Of a DNA stretch of 64,000 nt, positions 30,444 to 39,937 are shown in pieces (the first letter of the stretch is position 1; every line of letters begins with the position of its first letter). The notes under the pieces are model-generated. The model ran no database searches. It had not been told where the DNA came from and saw only the letters and a list, made by a program, of their open reading frames with translations. The stretch is from Actinokineospora sp. (GTDB lineage: Bacteria > Actinomycetota > Actinomycetes > Mycobacteriales > Pseudonocardiaceae). Location of the stretch: NCBI GenBank assembly GCA_052390155.1, contig JBQTHF010000034.1; one strand, written 5' to 3'. The translations under genes were made by a program, and so were the position numbers.

Positions 30444-31646
30444 ATGGCCTTCGACGTCGCTCGAATCCGCGGGCTCTTTCCCGCGCTGGGGGACGGCTGG
30501 GTACACCTCGATTCGCCCGCGGGGATGCAGGTGCCCGAGCAGGTCGCGACGGCAGTGTCGACCGCGCTGCGCGCGCCCGTGTCGGGGCCCGGCGGTATCT
30601 TTCCGGCCTCGCAGCGCGCCGAGGCGATCGTCGACGCGGCCCGCCGCGCGGTGGCCGATCTGGTCGGCGGCGACCCGGCGGGCGTGGTGCTCGGCCCGAA
30701 CACCGCCGTGCTGCTCGCCCGGCTCGCCGAGGCCCTCGGCGACGGCTGGCTGATCGGCGACGAGGTCGCCTTATCCCGGCTCGACCACTCCGCCAACACC
30801 GCGCCGTGGCTGCGGGTGGCGCAGCGCGCGGGGGCGACGGTGCGCTGGGCCGAGATCGACATCGAGACCTGCGAGCTGCCCGCCTGGCAGTACGAGAACC
30901 TGATCTCGCACCGGACGAAGGTCGTCGCGGTCACCGCGGCCTCCGGCGCGGTCGGCACCCGGCCCGACCTGAACAAGATCGCCGACCTGGCCAAGGCCGC
31001 GGGCGCGTGCACGGTGGTCGACGCGTCGTCCTCGGCGCCGTTCGTGCCGCTCGACATCCACGCCATCGGCGCGGACGTGGTGGCCGTGTCCGCGAGCGCG
31101 TGGGGCGGGCCCGCGGTGGCGGCGCTGGCCTTCGCCGACCCGGCCGTGCTCGACCGGCTGCCCGCCACCTCGCTCAACCCCCGCGCGCACGGCCCCGAGC
31201 GGCTCGAACTCGGCCAGCACGCCTACCCGCTGCTCGCGGGCCTGGTCGCCTCCGTCGACTACCTCGCCGAGTTGGACGACGCGGCCACCGGCACCCGGCG
31301 CGAGCGGCTGCAGACCTCGCTCAGCTCGGCCAAGTCCTACCAGGCCGGGCTGCTGTCCCGGCTGATCGGCGACCTGCGCGGCCAGTTGCACGTCATGGTC
31401 ATCGGCGACGCCATGCGCCGCATTCCCGCGCTCGCCTTCACCGTCGCCGACGTCAAGGCACACGACGCGGTCGTGCACCTCGCCGAGCGCGGTATCTGCG
31501 CCTTCGCCGACGACACCCCGAGCGGCGTCTTCGCCACCCTGGGGGTCAACGAGGTGGGCGGCGCGGTCCGCGTCGGCCTCGCGCACTACACCCACGCCGT
31601 CGAGATCGACCAGCTCGTCGAGGCCATCACCTCGCTCAGGAACTGA
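30444..31646 (+). CDS. class V aminotransferase / cysteine desulfurase-like protein (Rv3778c-like)
   Basis: About 400 aa, starting MAFDVARIRGLFPAL...VHLDSPAG, the typical start of this family. The synteny is conserved. Confidence 0.75.
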   Translation: MAFDVARIRGLFPALGDGWVHLDSPAGMQVPEQVATAVSTALRAPVSGPGGIFPASQRAEAIVDAARRAVADLVGGDPAGVVLGPNTAVLLARLAEALGDGWLIGDEVALSRLDHSANTAPWLRVAQRAGATVRWAEIDIETCELPAWQYENLISHRTKVVAVTAASGAVGTRPDLNKIADLAKAAGACTVVDASSSAPFVPLDIHAIGADVVAVSASAWGGPAVAALAFADPAVLDRLPATSLNPRAHGPERLELGQHAYPLLAGLVASVDYLAELDDAATGTRRERLQTSLSSAKSYQAGLLSRLIGDLRGQLHVMVIGDAMRRIPALAFTVADVKAHDAVVHLAERGICAFADDTPSGVFATLGVNEVGGAVRVGLAHYTHAVEIDQLVEAITSLRN

Positions 31647-32598
31647 CCGCCAGCACCAGCTTGCCGAACACGCCGCCCGCTTCGAGCATCCGGTGGGCGT
31701 CGGCGGCGCGCTGGATCGGCAGCACCTCGTGCACCACCGGCCGCACCGTGCCCGCGGCGATCATCGGCCACACGTGCTCGACCACCGCCGCCGTGATCGC
31801 GCCCTTCTCGGCCACCGGGCGGTAACGCAGACCGGTCGCGGTGACGCTCGCGTTCTTGGCCAGCAGTGCCCCGAGGTTCAGCTCACCGGTCGCCCCGCCC
31901 TGCATTCCGATCACCACCAGCCTGCCGCCGCGGTTGAGTGCGGCCACGTTCCGCGGCAGGTATTTCCCGCCCATGTTGTCGAGGATCACATCGGCGGAGA
32001 TCTCGTTCTCGAATTCCCGCTCGCGGTAATTCAGCGTGACGTCGGCGCCCAATTCGCGGCAGCGGGTGAGCCGTTCGGCGGAACCCGCGGTGACGGCCAC
32101 GGTCGCGCCGAGCGCTTTTCCGACCTGAATGGCGTGCGTGCCGATTCCGCCCGCGCCGCCGTGGACCAGCAGGGTCTCGCCCGCGCCGAGTCGGGCGGTG
32201 TGGACCACGTTCGACCACACGGTGCAGGCCACCTCGGGCAGCCCGGCCGCGGTCACCAAGTCCACACCGGACGGAATCGGCATGAGCTGAACCGCCGGGA
32301 CGGCCACCAATTCCGCGTAGCCGCCGCCCGCGAGCAGTGCGCACGCCGGGTCACCGACGTGCCAGTCCGAGACACCCTCGCCGAGGGCCGCGACGGTGCC
32401 GGAGCATTCCAGTCCGACGATCGGGCTGCTGCCCGCCGGTGGTGGGTAGAAACCCTTGCGCTGCAACAGGTCTGCCCGGTTCACCGCGGTGGCCGCGACC
32501 CGCAGCAGGACCTCGCCGGGACCCGGCTCGGGGTCGGGTGCGGCCGACCACCGCAGGACCTCCGGGCCGCCGGGCTCGCTGATTGTGATCGCGTGCAT
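31636..32598 (-). CDS. NADPH:quinone oxidoreductase (zinc-type alcohol dehydrogenase superfamily)
   Basis: MHAITISEPGGPEVLRW, VNRADLLQRKGFYPPP and LVHGGAGGIGTHAIQ. Its 3' end overlaps the convergent aminotransferase gene by 11 nt. Confidence 0.88.
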   Translation of the reverse strand: MHAITISEPGGPEVLRWSAAPDPEPGPGEVLLRVAATAVNRADLLQRKGFYPPPAGSSPIVGLECSGTVAALGEGVSDWHVGDPACALLAGGGYAELVAVPAVQLMPIPSGVDLVTAAGLPEVACTVWSNVVHTARLGAGETLLVHGGAGGIGTHAIQVGKALGATVAVTAGSAERLTRCRELGADVTLNYREREFENEISADVILDNMGGKYLPRNVAALNRGGRLVVIGMQGGATGELNLGALLAKNASVTATGLRYRPVAEKGAITAAVVEHVWPMIAAGTVRPVVHEVLPIQRAADAHRMLEAGGVFGKLVLAVSS

Positions 32599-32732
32599 GC
32601 CGCGACCGTATCCGGCTTTCCGTCCGATCACAGTCCCAGGTGAACACTTGACCGGCGAGGTTTTGGGAGTAAGAGTCACGTTCGCCGGAATCCGAGTCGT
32701 CGGGGTCGCCGTGATCCGGCACGATCACCGCC

Positions 32733-34295
32733 ATGAAGGGAAGTTCACCGATGCCGTCCCCAAGGACACCGGTTCGGGCCGGGGCACTGCTGCTCGCCGC
32801 CTGTACCGGTCTCGTGCTCACCGCGGTCCCCGCGTCCGCGCAGGTCCAGCTCCCCGACGGACCCGCGCTGGCCCGCAATCTCACCAAGAAGGTCACGGTC
32901 AGTGGGATCAACCGGCACCTGATCGCCCTGCAGCGCCTGGCCGACCGCAACGGTGGCACGCGCGCGGCGGGCACCCCGGGATACGACGCCAGCGTCGAGT
33001 ATGTCGCGGGCAAGCTGCGGGCCGCGGGCTACGACGTGACCACGCCCGAGTTCACCTACCCGGTGCAGATCACCGACGCGGCGTTCGCCGACGCGGGCGG
33101 CACCCGGGTCGACGCATTCCCGATGGCCGAGTCGCCGCAGACCCCGGCGGGCGGTGTCACCGGCCCGCTGGTGGCCGTTCCGCAGGACGCCACCCCGGGT
33201 TGCGAGGCCGCCGACTTCGCGGGCCTGCCGATGACCGGCGGAATCGCGCTGATCCGCCGCGGTGCCTGCACCTTCGCCCAGAAGCAGCAGAACGCCGCCG
33301 CCGCGGGCGCGATCGCCGTGCTGGTCGCCAACAACGTCGACGGCCCGCTCACCAACGTCACCGTCGGCGAGGGCGCCACGCTGCCCACGGGCGGCGTCAG
33401 CAAGGCCGACGGCGACACGCTGTTCACCAAGGACGGTGTGTCGACCACCGTCGACATGCGCTTCCACGTCGAGGAGCGCCCGTCGCGCAACGTCATCGCG
33501 CAGACCAAGACCGGCCGCAAGAGCAACGTGGTCATGGCGGGCGCGCACCTCGACAGCGTCGAAGAGGGCGCCGGCATCAACGACAACGGCTCGGGCAGCT
33601 CCGCGCTGCTGGAGACCGCGCTGCAGCTCGGCGGCTCGCCCAAGGTCAACAACGCCGTCCGGTTCGCCTGGTGGGGCGCCGAGGAGCTCGGCCTGGTCGG
33701 CTCCACGAAGTACGTGCAGTCGCTGACCTTCGAGCAGCAGCTCGACATCGCCCTGTACCTGAACTTCGACATGGTGGCCTCGCCCAACGCGGCGTACTTC
33801 GTCTACGACGGCGACGACTCCGACGCCGAGGGCGCTGGCGAGGGCCCGTACGGCTCGGCCCAGATCGAGGCCGCGTTCGCCGGGTTCCTGGGCGCCACCG
33901 GCACCCCGACCGAGGGCACCGACTTCTCGGGCCGGTCGGACTACGGCGAGTTCATCGCCCAGGGCATCCCCGCGGGTGGTCTGTTCACCGGCGCCGAGGG
34001 CATCAAGACCCAGGAGCAGGCCGACAAGTGGGGCGGCCAGGCAGGCGTCGCATACGACAAGTGCTACCACGCCAAGTGCGACAACCTGGGCAACGTCGAC
34101 CGGGTCGCGCTCGACCGCAACGCCGACGCGATCGCCTGGGTGACCGCGTCCTACGCGATCAGCACCGAGGACATCAACGGCGTCCCGCCGAAGGCCAACG
34201 CCGCGGCCGCGACCGCGGCCAAGGTGGCGGCGCGGATGGTCGTCATCAAGACCTCGGACGGCGGTCACGCGCACTCGCACGCCGCGGTCGCCTAA
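32733..34295 (+). CDS. secreted M28-family aminopeptidase with PA domain (copy 1)
   Basis: Signal peptide (AGALLLAACTGLVLTAVPASA), a PA domain (ALIRRGACTFAQK), and M28 metal ligands (AGAHLDSV, INDNGSGS, WWGAEELGLVGS). Confidence 0.88.
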   Translation: MKGSSPMPSPRTPVRAGALLLAACTGLVLTAVPASAQVQLPDGPALARNLTKKVTVSGINRHLIALQRLADRNGGTRAAGTPGYDASVEYVAGKLRAAGYDVTTPEFTYPVQITDAAFADAGGTRVDAFPMAESPQTPAGGVTGPLVAVPQDATPGCEAADFAGLPMTGGIALIRRGACTFAQKQQNAAAAGAIAVLVANNVDGPLTNVTVGEGATLPTGGVSKADGDTLFTKDGVSTTVDMRFHVEERPSRNVIAQTKTGRKSNVVMAGAHLDSVEEGAGINDNGSGSSALLETALQLGGSPKVNNAVRFAWWGAEELGLVGSTKYVQSLTFEQQLDIALYLNFDMVASPNAAYFVYDGDDSDAEGAGEGPYGSAQIEAAFAGFLGATGTPTEGTDFSGRSDYGEFIAQGIPAGGLFTGAEGIKTQEQADKWGGQAGVAYDKCYHAKCDNLGNVDRVALDRNADAIAWVTASYAISTEDINGVPPKANAAAATAAKVAARMVVIKTSDGGHAHSHAAVA

Positions 34296-34311
34296 ATTGT
34301 TATCTCCGCTC

Positions 34312-34346
34312 GGTTAGCCCGAAAAGCCCCGTGTCGCCTGGCGGCA
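34312..34346 (+). terminator. intrinsic terminator after aminopeptidase 1
   Basis: AAAAGCCCCGTG...CACGGGGCTTTT, a 12-bp stem ending in a T-run. Confidence 0.8.
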
Positions 34347-34515
34347 CGGGGCTTTTCCGGCACTGTTTCCCGATGGCCAAGTAAAACTATGCGCAGTTGG
34401 GAATGAACAGCTATTGACCAGCAGCTCCGATCAGGTGAGGGTGGCACTCGCCGGAGCACGGATCGCGTCGGGGCGATCACCGGTGGCACCTAAACCCATG
34501 AGCAAGGGGACCTGC

Positions 34516-36093
34516 ATGCCCACAAGTCAGACGCTGCGCGTCGGAGCCGCCATCCTCGTGGCCGCCGGCGCACTGGCGTTCACCACGATCCCGTCATCGG
34601 CGGCGCCGAACGCGTCCGCCGAGCTGCCGGACGGCCCTGCCCTCGCCCGCAACCTCGTCAAGAAGGTGACCGGGGCGAACGTCAACCGGCACCTCATCGC
34701 CCTGCAGCGGTTCGCGGACCGCAACGCGGGCATTCGCGCGGCGGGCACCCCGGGCCACGCCCAGTCGGCCGAGTACATCGAGTCGAAGCTCGTCGGCGCC
34801 GGGTTCGACGTGTCCCGACACGAGTTCCCGTTCACCTTCGTGCAGACGCTGGCCGAGAAGCTGACCTCCGGCGGTACTGCGGTGCCGATCACGATCATGA
34901 CCTACAGCTTGTCCACCCCGACCGGAGGCATCACCGCCCCGCTGGCTGTCGTCCCCCTGGCAGGCGACGCGACCCCCGGCTGTGAGGTCACCGACTACGT
35001 CAGCGCCACCGGCAAGATCGCCCTGATCTCGCGTGGCGGCTGCACCTTCGCCGCGAAGCAGCAGGCCGCGTTCGACGCGGGCGCTGTCGGCGCGATCATC
35101 TACAACAACACCGCGGGTCCGCTGAACGGCACCCTGGGCGACCCGGCCGCGGCGAAGCTGCCCACCGGCGGCATCACCCAGGCTGACGGCACCGCGCTGG
35201 CCGCGTCCGGCGGAACGGTCACCCTGGAGCTGCGCGCGCTGCGTGAGGAGCGCACCAGCTACAACGTGATCGCGCAGACCAAGACCGGCCGCAAGAACAA
35301 CGTCGTCATGGCGGGCGCGCACCTCGACAGCGTGGTGCAGGGCCCGGGCATCAACGACAACGGCTCGGGCAGCGCGGGTCTGCTGGAGACCGCACTGCAG
35401 CTCGGCGGCTCGCCGCGGGTCAACAACGCGGTGCGCTTCGCCTGGTGGAGCGCCGAGGAGCTGGGTCTGGTCGGGTCCACGCGGTACGTCGAGTCGCTGA
35501 CCTTCGAGCAGCAGCTCGACATCGCCCTGTACCTGAACTTCGACATGATCGCGTCGCCGAACGCGGCGTACTTCGTCTACGACGGCGACGACTCCGACGC
35601 TGTCGGCGCGGGCGAAGGCCCGTACGGCTCGGCGCAGATCGAGGCCGCGTTCGTGGGCTTCTTCGGCGCCACTGGCACCCCGACCCAGGGCACCGACTTC
35701 TCGGGCCGTTCGGACTACGGCGAGTTCATCGCGCAGGGCATCCCGGCCGGTGGTCTGTTCACCGGCGCCGAGGGCATCAAGACCCAGGCCCAGGCGGACC
35801 TGTGGGGCGGTCAGGCGAACGTCGCCTACGACAAGTGCTACCACCAGAAGTGCGACAATCTGGGCAACCTGGACCGCACGGCACTCGACCGCAACTCCGA
35901 CGCCATGGCCTGGGTGACCGCGTCCTACGCGATCAGCACCGAGGACATCAACGGCATCCCGCCGACGGCGAACGCCAAGTCGGAGGCCACGGCCACGACG
36001 GTCAAGGCCAGCAAGGCCGCGGCCCGTATGGTCATCATCAATTCCGGCAACCACGACGGTGGCCACCAGCACACCCACGACGTGGCCGAGTAA
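34516..36093 (+). CDS. secreted M28-family aminopeptidase with PA domain (copy 2)
   Basis: AAGGGGA lies before ATG 34516 (alternative 34498), followed by a signal peptide. There are long runs identical to copy 1, such as FEQQLDIALYLNFDM and GRSDYGEFIAQGIPAGGLFTGAEGIKTQ. Confidence 0.88.
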   Translation: MPTSQTLRVGAAILVAAGALAFTTIPSSAAPNASAELPDGPALARNLVKKVTGANVNRHLIALQRFADRNAGIRAAGTPGHAQSAEYIESKLVGAGFDVSRHEFPFTFVQTLAEKLTSGGTAVPITIMTYSLSTPTGGITAPLAVVPLAGDATPGCEVTDYVSATGKIALISRGGCTFAAKQQAAFDAGAVGAIIYNNTAGPLNGTLGDPAAAKLPTGGITQADGTALAASGGTVTLELRALREERTSYNVIAQTKTGRKNNVVMAGAHLDSVVQGPGINDNGSGSAGLLETALQLGGSPRVNNAVRFAWWSAEELGLVGSTRYVESLTFEQQLDIALYLNFDMIASPNAAYFVYDGDDSDAVGAGEGPYGSAQIEAAFVGFFGATGTPTQGTDFSGRSDYGEFIAQGIPAGGLFTGAEGIKTQAQADLWGGQANVAYDKCYHQKCDNLGNLDRTALDRNSDAMAWVTASYAISTEDINGIPPTANAKSEATATTVKASKAAARMVIINSGNHDGGHQHTHDVAE

Positions 36094-36106
36094 GCCCACC
36101 GAGTGA

Positions 36107-36145
36107 GCAGAACCCCCGTGGCGCCAGGCGCCACGGGGGTTCTGC
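36107..36145. terminator. strong hairpin between aminopeptidase 2 and the convergent peptidase gene
   Basis: GCAGAACCCCCGTGGCGCC-A-GGCGCCACGGGGGTTCTGC, a near-perfect 39-nt palindrome. Confidence 0.8.
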
Positions 36146-36170
36146 GTTGTCTGGTCCTGCGTCGTTCCGG

Positions 36171-37133
36171 TCAGCCCAGGTTGCGGGTGTTGAAGGTGTC
36201 GCACTGGGTCGGGTCGCCGCCGTTGATGCCGGTGGTGAACCAGCGCTCCCGCTGCGCGGACGAGCCGTGCGAGAACTGGCTCTCGTCGACCTTGCCGCCG
36301 CCGAGGTTCTTCTGGATGAAGTCGTCACCGATGCGCGCCGCGACGTCCAGCGCGCGGTTGACGTCGTCCTGCGAGATCGACCGGATCAGCGGCTTGCCAC
36401 TGGACGTCGGCACGTTCGTCGCGTGGTTGGCCCACACCCCCGCGAAACAGTCGGCCTGCAGCTCCAGCCGGACACCGTCGGACTGCGGCCCGGTGCCCGG
36501 GCGCACCCGGTCGGAGGTACCGAACAGGTTCTGCACGTGGTGGCCATACTCGTGGGCCAGTACGTAGGCTTCGGCGAAGGTGCCGCCCTGCGCGCCGAAG
36601 CGGCTCTGCAGCTCCTTGAAGAAGGTCAGGTCGATGTAGATCTGCTTGTCGGCGGGGCAGTAGAACGGGCCGACGTCGGCGGTCGCGCTGCCGCACGCGG
36701 TGTTCACCCCGCCGCTGAAGAACCGGGTCGGTGCGGGCTGGTAGGTCAGTCCCGATCGGGCGAACTCGTCGGTCCAGTAGCCCTGGATCGAGTTGATGAC
36801 CGCGACCAGCGCGCAGTCGGACTTGGTGTTCGCGTCCTTGCCGGTGCGGCACTCCTGCGCCAGGTCGGTGTTGCTCACCGTCTGCCCGCCGCTCACGTCC
36901 CCGGTGCTCAGCGGCGCGCCCGCGGGCACCCCGCCGAGCTGCGAGAGCACGAAATAGATGATGACTCCGACGATGCCGAGACCACCACCACCGAGGGCGA
37001 CGCGGCCGCCGACTCCGCCGCCCGCACCCCGCATGTCCTGCACCTGGGAGGTGTCCAGGGCTACGTCGTCGTTGAACTCCACGGGCCACTCCGCGTCTGA
37101 GGCGTCGGGGCGGGGCCCCGGTTGTCGGCTCAA
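36171..37133 (-). CDS. YpfJ-family neutral zinc metallopeptidase (membrane-anchored)
   Basis: N-terminal Gly-rich segment plus a TM helix. FYCPADKQIYIDLTFF, HExxH as AHEYGHHVQ and ELQADCFAGVW are family hallmarks. Confidence 0.88.
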   Translation of the reverse strand: MSRQPGPRPDASDAEWPVEFNDDVALDTSQVQDMRGAGGGVGGRVALGGGGLGIVGVIIYFVLSQLGGVPAGAPLSTGDVSGGQTVSNTDLAQECRTGKDANTKSDCALVAVINSIQGYWTDEFARSGLTYQPAPTRFFSGGVNTACGSATADVGPFYCPADKQIYIDLTFFKELQSRFGAQGGTFAEAYVLAHEYGHHVQNLFGTSDRVRPGTGPQSDGVRLELQADCFAGVWANHATNVPTSSGKPLIRSISQDDVNRALDVAARIGDDFIQKNLGGGKVDESQFSHGSSAQRERWFTTGINGGDPTQCDTFNTRNLG

Positions 37134-37172
37134 ACGATAGGCCGGCGCCGATCACCCGGAGGGGTCGACATA

Positions 37173-37211
37173 CACCTGGGTGCGGCGCCTGTCGGCAGCC
37201 GCACCCAGGTG
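37173..37211. other. 14-bp-stem hairpin in a 560-nt gene-free region
   Basis: CACCTGGGTGCGGC-(11 nt)-GCCGCACCCAGGTG, located 40 nt upstream of the ypfJ-like start codon. Confidence 0.6.
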
Positions 37212-37697
37212 ACCGATCTTCTCGTGTAGTGGCCGCGACCCGAACCGGTTGGCGTGGAGCCCTGCCAGGCGTGTCTGAGACACGTCCGACGCAAGGATCA
37301 ACATCGTCGAGGTGCGATCCGTGTACGTTCCGCGCACGCGGGCACTCGAATTACCGGGGTCTCACGCTGCTCCGCAGTCGCGACTGGGTCGATCTCGTTC
37401 GGCTCAGGCGCGGGGTCGCAGCAGATCGCGGGCCACTACTGGAGATAGCTGCTCCGCCACGGCACCACCTACCCTCTCTCGGCAGGCTCGGCGACCGGGC
37501 ACATTCACCTGCTGTGCTTCGGGTCCTCGCGGGCCGGCCATGACTCCATGGTGCTCCCCTCTCCGCCCGGAGACAACCCTTTACCCCGCCCTGAACAGGT
37601 GAGATTCCCGGTCACTGTCCGAAGCGAACGGTCACGGGTCGGCGCGGACTCTCGTCAAAACGCCTGCTTGGCGAGTCGAACGCCGTAACCTGGTCGC

Positions 37698-38168
37698 GTG
37701 ACATCAGTGAAAGCCGAACCCCGGTGGCTCGGTCCCGGCGAGGCGCGCGCGTGGCGCGCGTACGTCATCGCCAGCGAACTGCTGCGCAGGCAGCTCAACC
37801 GCGAGCTCCAGGACAACCACGGCCTCGCGCTGCCCGACTACGAGGTGCTGGTCCGGCTTTCGGAGCGGGAGGGCTGGCAGATGCGGATGAGCCAGCTCGC
37901 TGGCCAGGTCGCGTCGTCCAAGAGCAGGCTCTCCCACCAGATCTCGCGGTTGGAGAAGTCCGGGCTGGTCCGCCGTTCCGGCTGCCCGGAGGATGCCCGC
38001 GGCGTCGTGGCCGAACTGACCCAGAAGGGCATGGAGGTACTCCGCACCGCCGCCCCCACCCACGTCGACGGGGTCCGCAGCCACCTGGTCGACCTCATGT
38101 CGCCAGAAGAGCAGGCCGTCGTGGCCGCGGTGTTCGAGCGGGTCATCGCCCATCTCGACCTCTCGTGA
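37698..38168 (+). CDS. MarR-family transcriptional regulator
   Basis: 156 aa with LPDYEVLVRLSE...MRMSQLAGQVASSKSRLSHQISRLEKSGLVRR, a winged HTH. Confidence 0.9.
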   Translation: MTSVKAEPRWLGPGEARAWRAYVIASELLRRQLNRELQDNHGLALPDYEVLVRLSEREGWQMRMSQLAGQVASSKSRLSHQISRLEKSGLVRRSGCPEDARGVVAELTQKGMEVLRTAAPTHVDGVRSHLVDLMSPEEQAVVAAVFERVIAHLDLS

Positions 38169-38205
38169 CCAACCCGGTCGGCGCCTTGGCTACGCTGATC
38201 GGACC

Positions 38206-38290
38206 GGGAGGCGTGGCAGAGCGGCCGAATGCATCCGCCTTGAAAGCGGAAGACGGGCAACCGTCCGGGGGTTCAAATCCCTCCGCCTCC
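38206..38290 (+). tRNA. tRNA-Ser (anticodon UGA)
   Basis: Acceptor GGAGGCG/CGCCTCC, anticodon stem-loop CCGCC-TTGAAAG-CGG with TGA, a long variable arm and T-loop GGTTCAAATCC. CCA is not encoded. Confidence 0.9.
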
Positions 38291-38382
38291 GCTGAACGAG
38301 GACCATTGCCTCGACGTTCGAACCCGAACATCGGCGTCATCCGTGCGCGGACCGCGGTCGGGTGCTGTTGCTTGTCTTCGTG

Positions 38383-39072
38383 CTACTCCTGCACCGGTTC
38401 TGTTCTGTCTCGTTCCGCCAGAACGGCCCATGAGACCCGCTGACCGCTGCTGGCACGATCGTCAACGAACGTGATTCCCTGCTGTTCAAGCAACTGCCTG
38501 CAGTGTTCTGGCCCTTGCCCGTTGCGGTCATGCCATCTTGGGTTGACGCTCCCATCGTCCACGAGAATCCGTTCTGGATGTGGAAAGCTCGGGTCGGTGG
38601 CGGCGGCACGACCGACACCTCGGGCCGCTGCCGTGTCGCCTCGTACCGCGATGGATATGTCGCCATAGCTTGCCCACTCGCCTACCCGGATCCGAGAAGC
38701 GACTCGCTTGAAGACGGTCGTGGTGGCCCGATACCGGGATGCGAGACGCCAGCGCTGAGGTGTCTCTCTGGGAACCAGTTCGACGAGGCCAGCTCTATCC
38801 AGTGCCTGCAGTGTTGAGTGAGTGTTGGGTACCTCGTAGTCGATCAGAGCTGCGATGTCTGCCGTCTTCAGGCCAGTCTCGTCGGCCAGTTGAGGGAGTT
38901 CGAGAATTTGTTGTTGGCGCTGCCCACGCCCTTGTGGTAGGTCGACGTTGTCGACGGGGACCGCGGCATCCGTCCCCTTCTCCAGCTCTGTGGCCAACGT
39001 GAGGCATGCGTCGCTCACGTTGCGGAGAAAGTCTGAGATGGCATCAGCGGCAATCATGTCAAGTCCTGTCAT
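38383..39072 (-). CDS. winged-helix protein with C-terminal MGMT/Ada-type DNA-binding domain lacking the acceptor Cys (ATL-like)
   Basis: The C-half, VGEWASYGDISIAVRGDTAAARGVGRAAATDPSFPHPERILVDDGSV, fits the MGMT DNA-binding domain, but PCHR is replaced by PHPER. The start is uncertain (39072, 39057, or TTG 39117). Local GC is lower than in the flanks. Confidence 0.5.
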   Translation of the reverse strand: MTGLDMIAADAISDFLRNVSDACLTLATELEKGTDAAVPVDNVDLPQGRGQRQQQILELPQLADETGLKTADIAALIDYEVPNTHSTLQALDRAGLVELVPRETPQRWRLASRYRATTTVFKRVASRIRVGEWASYGDISIAVRGDTAAARGVGRAAATDPSFPHPERILVDDGSVNPRWHDRNGQGPEHCRQLLEQQGITFVDDRASSGQRVSWAVLAERDRTEPVQE

Positions 39073-39280
39073 AGGATGGTCATCCAACTTGATAAGACCG
39101 TAGTCGACAGGTGTCAAAGGTCAACTAAATGTGACCTCAACGCACAGTGGTCGCTGTGGTTGATGTCTGTTGTTGTCGCTGATCGACGTGCTGTGGCGCC
39201 GGTAGTTGTGCAAGTCTGTGTCGGTGAACATCGGGAGCGCGGGCCCCGCGACCAGCGGCCTGGCCGTGCTGGAGCAGGAG

Positions 39281-39937
39281 ATGTACTCCGAGGCTGAGGC
39301 GGCCCGGTTACTCAGTGTGTCGCAGAGCACGCTGCATTACTGGCTGGAGGGCGGCACGCGCCTGGGCAAGACTTACCCGCCGATCATCCGCGAGAAGTCG
39401 CGGGGCGGTCATCCGGCCGTGACGTGGGCGGAGTTCGTCGAGTGCGGCTGGCTCAAGCAATATCGGCGGGAGAAGCGGATCCCGATGCGGGAACTGCGTG
39501 ACTTCATCACCAAGCTACGGGAAGACTACGGGGTCCCGTATCCACTCGCGCATGAGCGGCCGTTCGCCAACCAAGGGCAACTCGTGACGGTCTCCCGTGC
39601 GCAGGAAGAGGTTGGTCTCGATCCAGAGTTCTGCCTGGTTGCGGAGGTCAGCGGACAGTACGTGCTGACCGGCCCGTCGTCGTCGTTCCTAGCTCGTGTC
39701 ACCTGGGAGGGCGGCGTCGTCGCCGAGTGGCGTCCCCACGAGGACAACCGTTCCAGGGTGCGGATACGACCCGACGTGCGGTTCGGCCGTCCTTCGGTAG
39801 GCGGGATCAGCACCGAGGTCCTATGGGAGCAGGTCGACGCCGGCGCGACCGTGGCGGAGGTCGCGGAGGACTTCGGGATCACCATCGCTGATGTGCGGTG
39901 GGCGGTCAGCTACGAGAACGGCGCTCGTGCAGCGTGA
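39281..39937 (+). CDS. DUF433-domain protein with N-terminal HTH (VapB45-like putative antitoxin)
   Basis: MYSEAEAARLLSVSQSTLHYWL (HTH) and a C-terminal RFGRPSVGGISTEVLWEQVDAGATVAEVAEDFGITIADVRWAVSYE (DUF433). GGAGCAGGAG lies before ATG 39281. Confidence 0.7.
   Translation: MYSEAEAARLLSVSQSTLHYWLEGGTRLGKTYPPIIREKSRGGHPAVTWAEFVECGWLKQYRREKRIPMRELRDFITKLREDYGVPYPLAHERPFANQGQLVTVSRAQEEVGLDPEFCLVAEVSGQYVLTGPSSSFLARVTWEGGVVAEWRPHEDNRSRVRIRPDVRFGRPSVGGISTEVLWEQVDAGATVAEVAEDFGITIADVRWAVSYENGARAA

Noticed and set aside
37229-37602. Three overlapping plus-strand ORFs (60-104 aa) in the ypfJ-marR gap
   Set aside because: They overlap each other in different frames, have Arg/Ser/Pro-rich composition, lack an SD and show no GC3 bias. 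The region is treated as non-coding.
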